Source: Moniliella sp. 'wahieum' (lineage: Eukaryota). From it: a stretch of 64,000 nt of DNA. The stretch lies in contig RSEE01000006.1 of NCBI GenBank assembly GCA_003971905.1, positions 310,001 to 374,000 on the forward strand, written 5' to 3'. The position numbers and the translations under genes are program-made. Below are positions 12,561-24,652 of the stretch, piece after piece. The notes beneath the pieces are model-generated. The model did not search any database. It saw nothing but the letters and a program-made list of their open reading frames with translations, and was not told the origin of the DNA. Every line of letters begins with the position of its first letter. Position 1 is the first letter of the stretch.

Positions 12561-13269
12561 CTGGACGATAGTGGGCGAAGAACACTGGCCTTATAACCAA
12601 GCAGTCGACGCGCCCGCTAATAGAGGTAGTCTCCGGGTGAGAAGGCGAAGGTCACCGATCGCGTGGAGTACAGAGAAGTCGCCAAGTGCCGCGCTGCAGA
12701 TAGCACTGAGTGCGCTATAGTACCTGCTGTGACCCTTCCCCTTCGTTGATAAAACATTTGTGGCGTGCGGGGTGCGACAGCGTAAGGACAACCAAAAGGG
12801 CTTCCGGATCGTTGGGCGACAGAAGGGCATGTGGTGTTCGGTACACCCACCGTTACCATGTGTGGGCGCCGCCGGCGACCACCTCGGCGCGACCACAATA
12901 CCCCCCTCCCGCCGGGTCGACCAATAGACAGTGTCTGAGCCTGCATTTGAATTGGGCAAAGGATGACAGCAATCGATCTAAGATCTAATCAAGGGTTTGA
13001 AGACCTTTCAAATTGCATAGTTGCAATCGTTGTTCAGATGCTATGCACACAGCAACCGTGGTCTATGCGAACACTCAGGTCCTCCTCTTCAGAGGTGGCT
13101 GCATCTCTCTTTGAACAGGGAAATGTGGAAAGAACTGGGAAGCCATCAATGTTATGCACACTCCTACTCTCTATGAATAAGCGCATCAACAGAAGTGAAC
13201 AAATGGCGCGAAAAATCAAATGACATTGTCCAAACGGTAAAAACCAAGTCGGCAGTGCCCGGTGGGAAC

Positions 13270-15145
13270 CTAGATCCGGAGGAAAAAGCCCTCATCCGTC
13301 AACTCGGCACGGATCTGACGAGCATCTGCCCCGGTAGGCAACTTCACATGAACCGGCGGCGCGACCTGAACAAAATCAGAGTTGGAGCTGTCGGAGCCAG
13401 AGTCCGACAGATCATCCTCCAACAAAATCTCCTCGCCATCGTCCGTCGCGTCCCGCACATGCGCACGACGCTTCGTCTTGCTCGGCCATAGCCCACTGAC
13501 CCGCACGTCCCCCTCCGACGTCAAGTTCACATCCAACTTGCTGGCGTCAAAGTTCGACGCGTCGAATTGGAGATTGGGCGAGAAAGGGTAGAAGAAAAGT
13601 GGTTTGGACTCCGACGCAGGTTCGGTGGTAGGCTCTGGAGTCGGCTCTTGAGAAGAATCTGGAGTAGGCTCTGCCGTAGACTCGGGGGTTGGCGCCGTGG
13701 CGGAAAACCGTTGCAGACTCCGGGTGGATTCGCCGGTTGGCTCCGCGGCAGGTTCCGTGGCAGGCTCGGTAGCAGGCTCGGTAGCAGGCTCGGTAGCAGG
13801 CTCGGTAACGGGTTGGGCGGGTGCCTCCTCCGGAGCAGAAGAGGATGCAAGCTCAGGGCAGCGGGTGTGGCCTTTGGCGTCGGCGAAGCTCATCGATGGC
13901 CTCTTCATGCTCGGGAACGTCCAAAACTTGAGCCATGAGCTGACGAATGATGCTCACGTACGGATCCTCATCCGGTACAGATGACGATTCCGAGGCAACT
14001 CAGCCTCATCCTTCTGGGCTACGCGTTCCTTCAGTGCTTCAGCAACTGTGGTCAGCGGGTCCGATGGTTCAGATGGAGGGGGTGAGGGCACAACAACGGT
14101 AGGCTGAGCCGACTCTGAGGGTTGTGTGGCCTCTGTGGTAGCAGAATCGTCTCCGCACGAGTGGGCAGCTCCGGCGCGGCGTCCTGGAAGAAGATGATTC
14201 ACCCGCGGATTCGTTGGGGGCAGGAGACGCATCCGTTGAAGAAGAGGCAGCGGCATCATCAGTAGAGGCAGGTTCGGTTGGGTCCAGGACACGGTCCATC
14301 AAATGGAACGAGCGCACGCGTGAAAGGGTCTTCGTCCTCCTCCTTCTCTTGTTCCTGCTGCTGGGGGGAGCGACAGCCGAGTCATCGTCGATTGTCTCCC
14401 TGGCGCGCGAAAGGAGTGTTTCCAAGATCGAAGTGAAGAACTCCTCCTCGGCCGCCTTGGTGGGGCCTCCGTGGTCACCTCACGTTCGGTCGCAGGGGCT
14501 GCGGCGGGAGACTTGGCGGGTGAGGGCGAAGGCTCCTGGGCACAGGCACAGGCACCTGACGCGCAAGCGCCCGCGGCGCAAGTGCAAGATCCCTTTTCAG
14601 AGCAGCCGGACTTGTTCTCTTGTTCCGACGAGACTGGGTCCAAGGCGACGGTCCATGCCAGACTGGGCTGGGCCTGCTGCTCACCCAGCGTTGGTAAGCC
14701 GCTTGTCTGGCACGTTGCAGCTGGGCTTCGTGAACCTTAGCCCAACGACGTAGTTCGGCCAGACGCTGTAGCTCGGCTTCCTGGCGCAGTTGAGCCTGGA
14801 GACGAAGTTGAGCTTCGACACGGAGTTCAACTTGACGGCGAAGTTCGGCTTGACGACGGAGCTCGGCTTGCCGACGGAGTTAAGCTTGACGGCAAAGTTC
14901 AGCTTGAAGACGAAGTTCGGCTTGCGACGGAGTTCAACTTGACGGCGAAGTTCGGCTTGCCGACGGAGTTCAACTTGACGACGGAGCTCAGCCTGGCGTG
15001 CCTCGTGCTGCGCGGCCTCGACCAGTGCAGCTTCAAGATAGGCTTGCTCGGCTGCAGCCTGCTGTCTGGCTTGGAGGGTACGATAGTCGTCGAGGACGAT
15101 GCGCTCGTACCCGGGCTGGTAGACGAAGGGGTAGAAGCCTGACAT
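13270..15145 (-). CDS. Large protein with N-terminal RRQ(A/V)EL repeat and a C-terminal alpha-crystallin/Hsp20-like domain
   Basis: ATG at 15145 (MSGFYPFVYQPGY...). C-terminal FDASKLDVNLTSEGDVRVSGLW...VHVKLPTGADARQIRAELTDEGFFLRI* resembles Hsp20 beta-strands. TATA and HSE-like element upstream. Confidence 0.6.
13740..13812 (-). repeat. Coding 12-bp repeat encoding TEPA
   Basis: (AGCAGGCTCGGT)n on plus; EPATEPATEPATEPAAEP in ORF 13270-13908. Confidence 0.85.
14745..14995 (-). repeat. Coding 18-bp repeat encoding RRQAEL/RRQVEL, about 13 copies
   Basis: Plus-strand units such as GAGTTCAACTTGACGGCG / AAGTTCGGCTTGACGACG. Confidence 0.85.
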
Positions 15146-15351
15146 GGCGGGGTGTGGCGGTGGATGTGGGAGAGATGAGAAGAGCAGGCCGAGGGTGCTA
15201 GCAGCGATAGCTTTTATACACTCTCCGTCCGTGGGGATGAGCACAGGGTGATATGGATGGATTGCGTCGCTGGCCATCCCCGGCATTCGTGAGCGTCGAC
15301 GACGCGTGTCGGCTGCTCGGTCGATCATGGCCGCAGGTGGTGGAGCCGTGG

Positions 15352-15371
15352 CGAAGCTACTAGAACCTTCG
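15352..15371. promoter_or_regulatory. Heat-shock-element-like array upstream of the Hsp20-like gene; TATAAAA on minus strand at 15212-15218
   Basis: cGAAgcTACtaGAAccTTCg gives four alternating nGAAn units with one mismatch, ~210 bp upstream of the ATG. Confidence 0.55.
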
Positions 15372-15592
15372 GCAGGTGCGGGGCCACGTGACTTGGGCAC
15401 GGCGGATGTGACATGTGACATGTGGCATGTGACACGCAGGAGGCGGTGCACGTGACGTAGTGGCAATGCTAATTTGGTTTTGGTTTGCTTGGCTTTGTCC
15501 CGCGCTTTGCCGACAGGCCGACAGCGCCGAATTGCAATTTCAAGCGCCAACACTGCGGGCAGCTCGCACAGGGCCAGCGTTGGCGTACTGCA

Positions 15593-15599
15593 TGACTCA
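15593..15599. promoter_or_regulatory. Gcn4/CpcA-type element TGACTCA upstream of DAHP synthase
   Basis: ATGACTCAA ~110 bp upstream of an amino-acid biosynthetic gene. Confidence 0.55.
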
Positions 15600-15706
15600 A
15601 CCGCTTTTTTTGTCTCCGCCAGAAGACTGGGCAGCCACACCGGCCCCAGCACTGTCGATCCACCCGCGCCTCTGCCCATCCGCGCCACCACCACCGCCTG
15701 CCCGCC

Positions 15707-17351
15707 ATGCCCGCCATGCCCGCCCACTGGACACCAGCTCGTGGCGCACCAATCCTGTCGCCCAGGACGTTGTATATCCCGACACCGACAAGCTCAATGG
15801 CGTCTGCCAGCGCCTCAGCTCGCTCCTGGCCTCGTAACTCCGGGAGGTGGAACGTCTGCGGGGTGTGCTCTCTACCGAGGTTGCCGCCGGCCGTGCTTTC
15901 CTCCTCCAGGGCTGGCGATTGTGCCGAGCTGTTTCGTACTGTGATCCGGCCAGATCGAGGCCAAGCTCAAGCTGTGTTGGTCATGAGCCTCATATTATCT
16001 GGGGCGCACGGACACCCGTGGTGCGCATTGGGCGGATCGCCGGGCAGTACGCCAAGCCCCGGTCCAAGCCCACGGAGATTGTTAAGGTAGATGGCCAAGA
16101 GAAGGAGGTTCTTTCGTTCCGAGGAGACAATGTTAATGGCTTTGGGTTGGAGGAGCGCGTTCCGGACCTCTGAGCGGTTGATGCAGGGCTACTTCTACTC
16201 CACTGCAACGCTCAACCATTTGCGTGCGTCCTGGGCAGCGTTTGCGACTTGCATGCGCAATGCAGTGGTCCTTTGAGCACGTCCGCCCCCACCTCCAAGC
16301 AGTTTGAGGGCATTGTCGATTCCCTCACGGACTCTCTCGAGTTTATGCGCACCATTGGAGCCGACCCTTCCGGGGCCGGCACTCCTACTTCGGCCGCCGC
16401 TGGGCCGCTGAGCTCGGTGGACTACTACATCAGCCACGAGGGGCTTATGCTAGAGTACGAGGAAGGCGTACACGCTACGCTACCCTTCCCACCAGTGCAC
16501 GCACTCCGCTGGACTCGGCTGCGTCGACGCCAGCCAACTCATGGTATTCCCTCTGAGGAGGAGATGGGTGCCTACGCCCTCTCTGCACATACCATCGGCT
16601 TGGGGATCGGACGCGTCAAATGGACGGGGCGCACGTGGAATTTTTCCGTGGCATCCGCAACCCGATCGGGATCAAAGTGGGGCCGACGATGCAGCCGGCC
16701 GAGCTGGTGGCCATGCTGGACCTCGTCAATCCGCAGCGAGAGGCCGGACGGGTCACGCTCATCTGCCGCTATGGAGCCAGCAAGATCGACGCGCTGCTGC
16801 CGGCGCACATTCAGGCCGTGCAGGCATCGGCTCATCGGGATGCGGTGATCTGGTGCTGCGACCCCATGCATGGCAACACCGTCACCAGCCCTGGCGATGC
16901 CGGGATCAAGACGCGCCGGTTTGCCGACATTGTGACGGAGCTAGTGCGGGCTCTCAAGATCCACGCGTCGCTCGGCGCCGTCTTGGTGGTGCCCACCTCG
17001 AGTTGACTGGCGAGATTGACGAGTCCGGGTTCAGCGTGACAGAATGCTTGGGCGGGGAGCATGCAGCTCGGCCCGACGGACCTGGCTAAGCTGGTACCGC
17101 TCTCACTGTGATCCACGGCTCAACTACGAGAGAGTCTGGACATTGCTTTTGTCATCAGTTCCTTCAAGGGCTCAACGACGCAAGGCCGGCCGTACTCCCC
17201 GAAACGCCCATGCTGCTTTCAGCCGGGATCCCTCTGTCCACCGTGGCGCTTCGCCCGCGCCCGGACGGGGCCGAGCCATTCGGCCGAGAGCGGGTCACAG
17301 GAAGACGATTTGCTGGCGGAGCTGGTCAAGGGCATTGAGACACGGCCCTAG
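15707..17351 (+). CDS. Class II DAHP synthase (phospho-2-dehydro-3-deoxyheptonate aldolase)
   Basis: RAFLLQG(GDCAE), PVVRIGRIAGQYAKPRS, SFRGDNVNG, YISHEGLMLEYE, DGAHVEFFRGIRNPIGIKVGP, WCCDPMHGNT, GGAHLELTG, CDPRLN. Frameshifted. Confidence 0.93.
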
Positions 17352-17658
17352 GCCTTTTTGACGTGGCAAGAGGAGCTAATTTGTGGTTCCAATCCCCAAG
17401 AAACAAACGTACTTTGCTGCACAATTGGCATGTCTATGCGACCCTCATGAGGCCGCGGGGGGGCTGCTGTTTAGAAGTAGGCATATTTACCGTGACGTTG
17501 AATGATCACCAAGGGCGGAGGATGGAGAGGGGCCATGGTCCTCTAGTAGATATACACAGAATCCGTCAGGGTATGCATCATCGAAAACAGAAACAACCAG
17601 AATCAATGCTGATCAGCGGCTAAAAGCTGGCCTGACCTCCCCACAGTCGGTCAAAAAG

Positions 17659-17747
17659 TGACGAGAGTGGGATTCGAACCCACGCCCCGGAGGACTGCGG
17701 TTAGGAAGAACCTGAACACAGCGCGTTAACCACTTCGCTATCTCGCC
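17659..17747 (-). tRNA. tRNA-Leu(CAG) with short intron
   Basis: Reverse complement GGCGAGATAGCGAAGTGGTTAACGCGCTGTGTT-CAG-G[intron]..CGCAG, long variable arm, GTGGGTTCGAATCCCAC, TCTCGTC-A73, followed by TTTTT Pol III terminator. Confidence 0.9.
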
Positions 17748-17844
17748 TGGATGGTATCGGAGGCCGCAGAACGAAAGTCCAACAGCGGGGGTAGTTTTGG
17801 CATGTAGGACCCAGTGAACTACTACGGATCGAGACTGACTGGGT

Positions 17845-19893
17845 CTATGAGGTCGTCCTTGGTCGGCAATACAGCTAGCAGAACATATGCATGCAAACGA
17901 GCGTAACCCAGCGGCTCCTCCGGCCTGCCTTGCGTGCCCTTAGCGAGCCCGCGCCGGCTCGCGCATGTACAGCAGCAGGTAGGTGTGCCGTCGTGGCCGC
18001 GGACCGGCGGCTCGTTGTCTCGGCCACCACTGCCGCCGGCAGGATGGGCGTCAGGACCGTGTCGTCAATGTGTACCCAGCCTTCTGCCTCCTCTTCCCAG
18101 CGCGGACGGAGGATCGACGTGTGTAGTGGCCTGCTGAGGCATGGGTACCGTGGTGGTACACCACTGCAAACAGCCGGTACGCGCGCCCGGTGGAGAAGGA
18201 CTGGGTTTTGGCTCCGCCACCAGCGTTTCGGGCGGAAGGAAGAGGTGCTGGTCGAAGCGGACTTTTTTTCGAGCTTTTGCGGTGTGCCCACCACCGGATC
18301 AAACAAAGCGTTTCAGCTGGACCAACAGCACAGCTGGCAACTGCTCCAGTTGTACTTGCTTTGTGATCCTCGTCGTCTCGGTCGCTGTGGAGGTGGTGCC
18401 CATGACTTCCACATGGCCAGCTGGGCCAGTGCATCCTCCACCCGCACCACATGCGGGTCCGCAATATGCAGTGGCAGGGTTAGGAAGCTTCGCGCGTCAC
18501 GCTTTCGCGCGTGCGGGTGTGGCCTGCACCCGCACGCGCACCGGGCGTACCAACGACCGTGGTGTACCGCAGAGGAGCGCGTCACCTCCAAACAGACGAA
18601 TGATCGGAGAGAGTGCCTCGTTGACCCCCGACAGGCCCGAAGAGGATTGGCCAACCGAAAAGTAGGCTGCCGCAAACGTCTGCGCAACCTGAGCTGGCGT
18701 CGGACGGTTTGCCTGTAGCTGGGCGAGGAGGCTTGGCCTTGCTGATGTAACAGCTTGCCATCCGTTTTCGGTGCCCGAGACAGGCGAGGAAGGGCGGGGA
18801 ACGCACCCCGCCACCAGCGGTGCCTCGGACTGGGATGAAGTGGCGTACAGAAGTTCGTCGTGCAAGGTATCGAGGAGGAGGTTGAGGAACTCCTCAGCAT
18901 GTTGCGTGGTGCCGTATTGCATCGCTCGCAGCGCCGATCGGCCGCTCTGACCCATCGCATCGTACACCCCGGTCGGCACAAAGGGTTCTGGCGCGGGCTC
19001 GGTTTTGGGTAAGGGGAATTGGGCCACAAATTCAACCATGGCACGAACCAGCTGCCCGGCGGCCGGGCCCGCCGGCTCCACTTCCTTCCCAAGCGATGGG
19101 AACAGAGCGAGAGATGTGTGGGAGCAAAAGCGCCTTGGCGTAGCTCCTTAGCACGGAACAGGTTCGCAAACGGAGCGCAGTGCACAGAGCTTGGAGAATG
19201 CTGTTGGCGAAGCACATGTTGCCTGTGTTGATCAGCCCGCGTGGGAGGACGGGAGGAGCAAGCGGGTTGCTGGCTGCGTGGTTTAATGCGGCTTCGAGCG
19301 CCGCTGCTGAGGCAGATGGCACACCAGGAGGCTTCGGGGAGTCAGACGTGGGAGCGGGTGCGGGGGTGGAGTTCGGCACAGGACCCTCGTAGATGGTCAG
19401 GCTAGGACGGCTTTTCACAGCATCGAGCTGGGTCCAGGCCTTGGGTCGTGCCCATGGATTGGACTTGGGTGGTGGGGGGTGTGGCGGGGGGAGGGGCAGG
19501 CGGACCAAGAAGCTCAGGGGGGGAGAAAGGGTGGACGAGAAGACGATGGGATTCCTTTTCGATGCGGCCGAGGGAGAGGACGCAAGGGTGAGGGGCACCC
19601 AATCGGAAGCAGGGTGAGACGGGCAGCGTCGCCAGGAGAGCGACATGGAGGGCGCGGAGAGTAGCATGCAGAGGGGGAGAAGAGCTGAGCCAGAGTGCGA
19701 AGGTGGGGGGTGCGGTGGGGGAATGGTGGGTGTAGCGCGAGGGCGGTGGGCACGGGCAAAGGGGGCGGGGGAGGAGCAGAGGGGGTAAAAACGCCCGGCG
19801 GTGGGGGGTCGCGGGGGGTAGTTGTGGCTGATGGGAGGGCGGAGGAGGAGGCGGCATGGAGGCGGGTGTGGAGACGGACATGGAGGCAGACAT
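17845..19893 (-). CDS. UBP3: Ubiquitin carboxyl-terminal hydrolase, Ubp3/USP10-like
   Basis: Cys box PRGLINTGNMCFANSILQAL; His box YRLFAVVYHHGTHASAGHYT; WVHIDD; LSPIIRLFGG; Pro-rich N-terminus. Confidence 0.85.
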
Positions 19894-20274
19894 GGAGACG
19901 ATGGCCGCGGGCCTCAGGCCGAGTGGCTGGTATCGCTGGTGGCGTTGGGCGTGGGCAGGAGGAGGAGGACGAGAAGAGCGCAAAGGGGGGGTGGGTTGGG
20001 TTTTAATACGAGGTGGCCAGCATCTGACGTAGAGACTGGCGCCGTGCGGGAGGGTGTGGTGGCGGGCAATTCCGCTCTGCTGTGGCCGGACGATGGCTGG
20101 TTTTTTTTTGGATGACCGGTGAGGCGGTGAGGCGGTGAGCCGCCCAGCGCTGCTTTGGCTGGGGCTACTTGGCTCGCCGCACACTCGTCACGCGACCCTT
20201 GGCAATCCGCCCTAACCGGTAACCCCGTCCCACCAACCGGTAACCCCGTCCCACCAACCCCCCCCCCCGCCGCC

Positions 20275-21050
20275 ATGTCCGACCCCGGCGGCCCCGCCGC
20301 CCGCCCGTCCATCCGCATCATGCGCCGCGAGCCCAGTGCCGCGTCTGCGCCTGCCTCCATCTCCGCCTCGGGCTCGGCCTCCGCGCCCGTTCCTCCTGCC
20401 CCACCCCGCCGCCAGCAGCAGCACCAGCTCCCCCGGCAGCCCATCCAGCAGCAGCCGCACAAGCCCTACCCCCAGCACCAGCCCAGTTCCCCGGCTCCCC
20501 ATGCCGCTGCCGCTGCCCGCAACGGCGCCACATGACCATGCAAGAGCGCGAGGCCGCGTACCAGGCCGCCCGCGCGCGCATTTTCGGGCCGTCGGATTCT
20601 AGCTCCCTCTGCGCCCTTGGACCCGACACCTGCAGCTGGCAGCCGCGCCCGCCGCCGTCCGCCCGGGCGACTGGGTCTTGGACCCGTCCGCGCCGCAATG
20701 GACCCCACCCCGTTCCTTGGACGCATCCCCATCCGCTCACCGATGAGCTGGACCCCGCAACGACCACCTGCCGCAGCGCCTGGGCCTGGTCCATCCACGC
20801 ACCGAGCCCGTTTTCCCTGTGCCCTCGCCCCCGCGGCCGCCGGAGCCGCGGCCGCGCGGACGGAGGAAAGAGACGCCAGAAGCGTTCCCTGCCCTGCGGG
20901 AGGGAACATCCCTGGTACGGCCGAGCGCAGGCGTGGGGGGAAACAGGGGCCTACCTCGCTCCCTGCCCGGCCGGACTGGGTGATGGCTGCGCTGGAAAAG
21001 GAGCCGTCGTCGGGCGAGCGGCAGGGCCCGGCGGAAGGACTATGATCTAT
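20275..21050 (+). CDS. SUZ-domain protein (SZRD1-like)
   Basis: PSIRIMRR ... MTMQEREAAYQAARARIFG matches the SUZ signature. Ends approximate. Confidence 0.75.
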
Positions 21051-21162
21051 GTCTATACATCATTCATGTAATGCCATGTCCCACGGCCACGAGTCGAGGT
21101 ACACAAGTGTAGGAAGGAGGAGGGGGAGAGGGGGAGGGGGAGGACCAAGAAATACATTCACT

Positions 21163-22557
21163 TTACGCCTGCACCCGTATCCGTTCTGATGCAGCTTTGT
21201 CCTGTCGGTTCATCACTGCCAGTCCGAGCTGTTCTCGTGGCACAGTCTCCACAAGGGTCACTGAACACCCCCCGGGAACCAGCTCGTCCAGATAGCGTAG
21301 CCCAGCAAACAGCCGCCTCACTGCTTCGTCGGCCGTGTGAGGCCCATGTTGTACACGTATACTTCGGCCTGGCCTCGGGCCAAGAGAAATGTGAAAGCTA
21401 GAACGCCTGAAGCGACGGGATGCGCATGCGCAGCTGCCTCTACTGTCGCTAGGAGAGGCGAGCCACGGGCGACCATGAGCCCCGCGACGAACCGAGGGGC
21501 GCGAGTGGTCTCGGCCTCTGGTTGAAGCAAGTCCTGCAGTCGTACCCCATCCTTTCCCACATCCAGCGCGATCAAGGAGGATTGGGAGAGTATGGCGGTA
21601 CTTCATTCCCAGGTTTGTGGGGGCCAGTTCGAGTTGCGCGTCCCGTTCTCGTCCCGCCGATACAACTTGACCGTTACCTGGCCCTCCCTGTGCCACGCAT
21701 TCCGCCCGGTCCAGGACCACTTTGATTGACTCTATTGCCACGCCACCTGGGCGGAGAACACGGAGTTGGCCAGGCCGGCTCAGACCATCCACCACTGTCG
21801 ATTCCGGTCCCATGCCCGACGCACCGCCATCGAGAATGTACCGTATCCCTCCCGCGCGGATCACGACCCAAGGCATGGTCCAGCGGTCCACCCAGATCAT
21901 GAAACCGCTCTGCGCACGTTGGCGAGTGACGTCCAGACGCGTTGGCCGACGTTGCAGCGAGTGGGCAGTCGGAAAGCGCAATCAAGCGCGGGCCAATGGG
22001 TTAGACGGTATTCTCACCCCTACTGTGGCCAGCTGGGCGGTGACGACGGGCGAGAGCACGCCTGGCTTGACGGGGAAGAGAAGGGTCAAGCTGCCGGGTC
22101 AAAAGTGGTGCATGAGCAGAGAGTAGACGGGGGGCAAGGCGTGCGTGTCGCACAGCGAGGCCGGGCAGTGTGGGCAATATGCACAATGAGCGGGTTGTCA
22201 CTCGGCCGGCCATTGGCAACGAAGATTTTACGCACGACATCAGCATTGCGGGCATCCGCACCCAACCCATACACCATCTCGGTGGGAAAGGCAACGAGAC
22301 CGCCGGCTTTCAATTCATGGGAGGCGAGGCGAGGGAAGTCTGGGCCTGCTCTCCGTCGGGGGTGGGGGAGAAGTGGGGCAGCTGGGTCTCAGGGGAGCCG
22401 GGGGCAGGGAACTGGACGGCGTGCAGGGGGCAAGGGAGGATGCGGGTGTCGAAGGCCGAGCGGGGGGAGAGGCGGAGGGCAAAGGAGACGTCGATGCAGA
22501 TGCGGACATGGCCAACGGGACGCGCGCAAGCAGCCGCGAACATGTGTGGTGGAGCAT
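21163..22557 (-). CDS. SUA5: Threonylcarbamoyl-AMP synthase Sua5 (possibly degenerate)
   Basis: [79 protein letters not shown]. Several normally conserved positions are altered. Confidence 0.85.
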
Positions 22558-23051
22558 CCACCTTGGGACGGCTGGCTGCGTTCTACCCGACTTATCTTTT
22601 TTTATCTTGTCCACACACGGTTAAAATACGTCACTATCACTCTCCACCCATGCATGACTAGATGGCTCTGAGATCTGATTCGTCGTCCAGCCTCCAACAA
22701 GTCCAAAAGAAAGAAAAAGAAATCAATTGATTGCACCGATGCCCCTACCCCCCCGAGCTCTCAGAAACAGACCCACAGCCATCCTGCTTGGCCTTTGAAT
22801 CGTAAGCGCCAGCCTCGCAACACTGCCGCTCCCACAGAGAGAATATTGGGCACAGCACCAGACAGCACACTACGACGCATCCTAACAATGAATGGGCATG
22901 CGGCACGGCATAGAATTTTCGAGTCCCGCCGTCCCACTCGTCAAGCGTTTCTGCGCAAGCCTCATGGATACAGCCGGACAGGGTAAGTTGCCAGTACCCT
23001 TCCCCCCACAGCGGGAACATGACACCTCAAGGCAGCATAGTAGCGGTGGAT

Positions 23052-23522
23052 TTACTCCTGGTCAATGACCACCGTCTCGAGGCCCTTGAACGAGGTGATG
23101 CCAAACACGGGGGTGGCGACAACGTAGAGCTTCTCCTTGGCGTCCTCGTCGTCGTTGCGCTTGCGCTCAAGACGGACCCGGATGCGGCGGGGCACCGACT
23201 TGACACCCAGCTTCCAGATCTCCTCGTTCAGCTTAGGGTCGATGCGCACGTCCTTGACGCTCATCGCGCGCTGGGCAAAGCGGACCACCTCCTTGATGGC
23301 ACGGGGGGCCGTCTTCTTGTCCTGCATGCGGAAGACGCGCTTGGCAAGGTGGATCGTGTACTCGCGCTGCGGGAAGATTGGTCAGCCCATGCACACCAGC
23401 AAACTTCGGGACCAAGCGAGAGCGAGCGCATCCATAAATGGCATGGAGGCCGCAAGCAGGGGAACACGTACGGTCACGACGTCCTTAAGGACGGAGCGCT
23501 GGGTCTTCTTGCCGGGAGCCAT
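23052..23522 (-). CDS. RPL31: 60S ribosomal protein L31 (eL31), two exons (23522-23472, 23366-23052)
   Basis: [65 protein letters not shown]...CTGAC...CAG intron. Confidence 0.97.
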
Positions 23523-23666
23523 TATGCTAGGTCTTGAGGTGGTGGGGTCAGGAGCAGGAACGGGGTGGGACAGCTGGGGAAACCAAGCCGGCCGCGAAGC
23601 CTCGAATAGAAGAGGCTAACACAGGCCCACTGCGTGCTTGAAATTGCCGCAGCAACTATGCGATTA

Positions 23667-23712
23667 CGCCCTAGGGTTAGACTCGTCGATTGGGTCACGT
23701 GCCCCACGTGAC
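23667..23712. promoter_or_regulatory. RPL31/DUF4112 divergent promoter: GCCCTAGGGTTAG plus two inverted GTCACGTG E-boxes
   Basis: GTCACGTG (23694-23701), CCC, CACGTGAC (23705-23712); CCCTAGGG palindrome just upstream. Confidence 0.5.
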
Positions 23713-23969
23713 GATCTGAAAATACAATATTGAATTGGTGGTGTTTCAACTTTCAACCGCAGGGATGCCAGAAAAGGCAGCCGTGTGACGTGGTTGTGAC
23801 GTCAGGGACCGATCACCGATCACCGCGCGGGCGGGAGGCCCGACAAGGCTCAACGACGTTCAACACGCGCAACTAAGCCTCGTTTTACTTGAGCCGTACA
23901 CCGCCACAGCCACTTGTTTGTCCCGGCGGGGGGTGCGCACCGCTGTCAGCTCCCATCACCATCCCCAGC

Positions 23970-24652
23970 ATGGCCATCTGGACCTCCGTCGCCAAAAACC
24001 AGGCAGACAAGTACGCCGCCAAGTACCAGCCCGAAGTAAGTGCCTTCCGGGGCAGCGTAGCCAGCGTCTAGCGAAGCCCAACGCCTCATCCGCGGCACTA
24101 ACATGAGTCTTGTGTCATCAGGACCCGTTCTACGAGTACTACCAAGATGCCAAGGGCAAGCAGAAGCGCCGCAAACGGGCCCCCCCGCCTGGGTTAACCC
24201 CGCACGAAGAGAAGGTGTGGAAAAAGATTGCCAAGCACGCACATCGCCTCGACCGCGGCATCCGTATCGCCGGGCTCCGGTTTGGATACACCGCCATCCT
24301 GGGCATATTCCCCTACGTTGGCACTGCCGCGAATGGTGCGCTGAACTACTACCTCGTCATCAAACCAGCAAAAGAAACTTTTGAGTGTGTATTCTCTCCC
24401 TTTGTCGATGCAGTGAGGCGCAGAGCAGTGCTGACTCTGGCCGTATCCCAGTTTGCCGTCGGGCACGGTGGATCGGATGAAGTTTAATGCGATGGTTGGG
24501 TGTGCGGTTGACCTCATTCCACTGGTAGGGGACATATTCCTCGCCGTGTGGGGAGCGAATGCACGCAACGTCACCTTGTTGAACGGCACTTGGCCACGTG
24601 CGCCTTCCACAGCCGTACATGGCCACGTATGAGGCACACAGGTTCAACTTGA
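23970..24652 (+). CDS. DUF4112-family membrane protein, three exons
   Basis: AHRLDRGIRIAGLRFGYTAILGIFPYVG and VDLIPLVGDIFLAVWGANARNVTLL; introns start at GTAAGT (~24036) and GTGTGT (~24385). Confidence 0.8.

Noticed and set aside
17659..17747. tRNA(CAG) as a sign of CUG codon reassignment
   Set aside because: It has an A73 discriminator and U33, as expected for tRNA-Leu, and CTG codons fall at conserved Leu positions in neighbouring genes.
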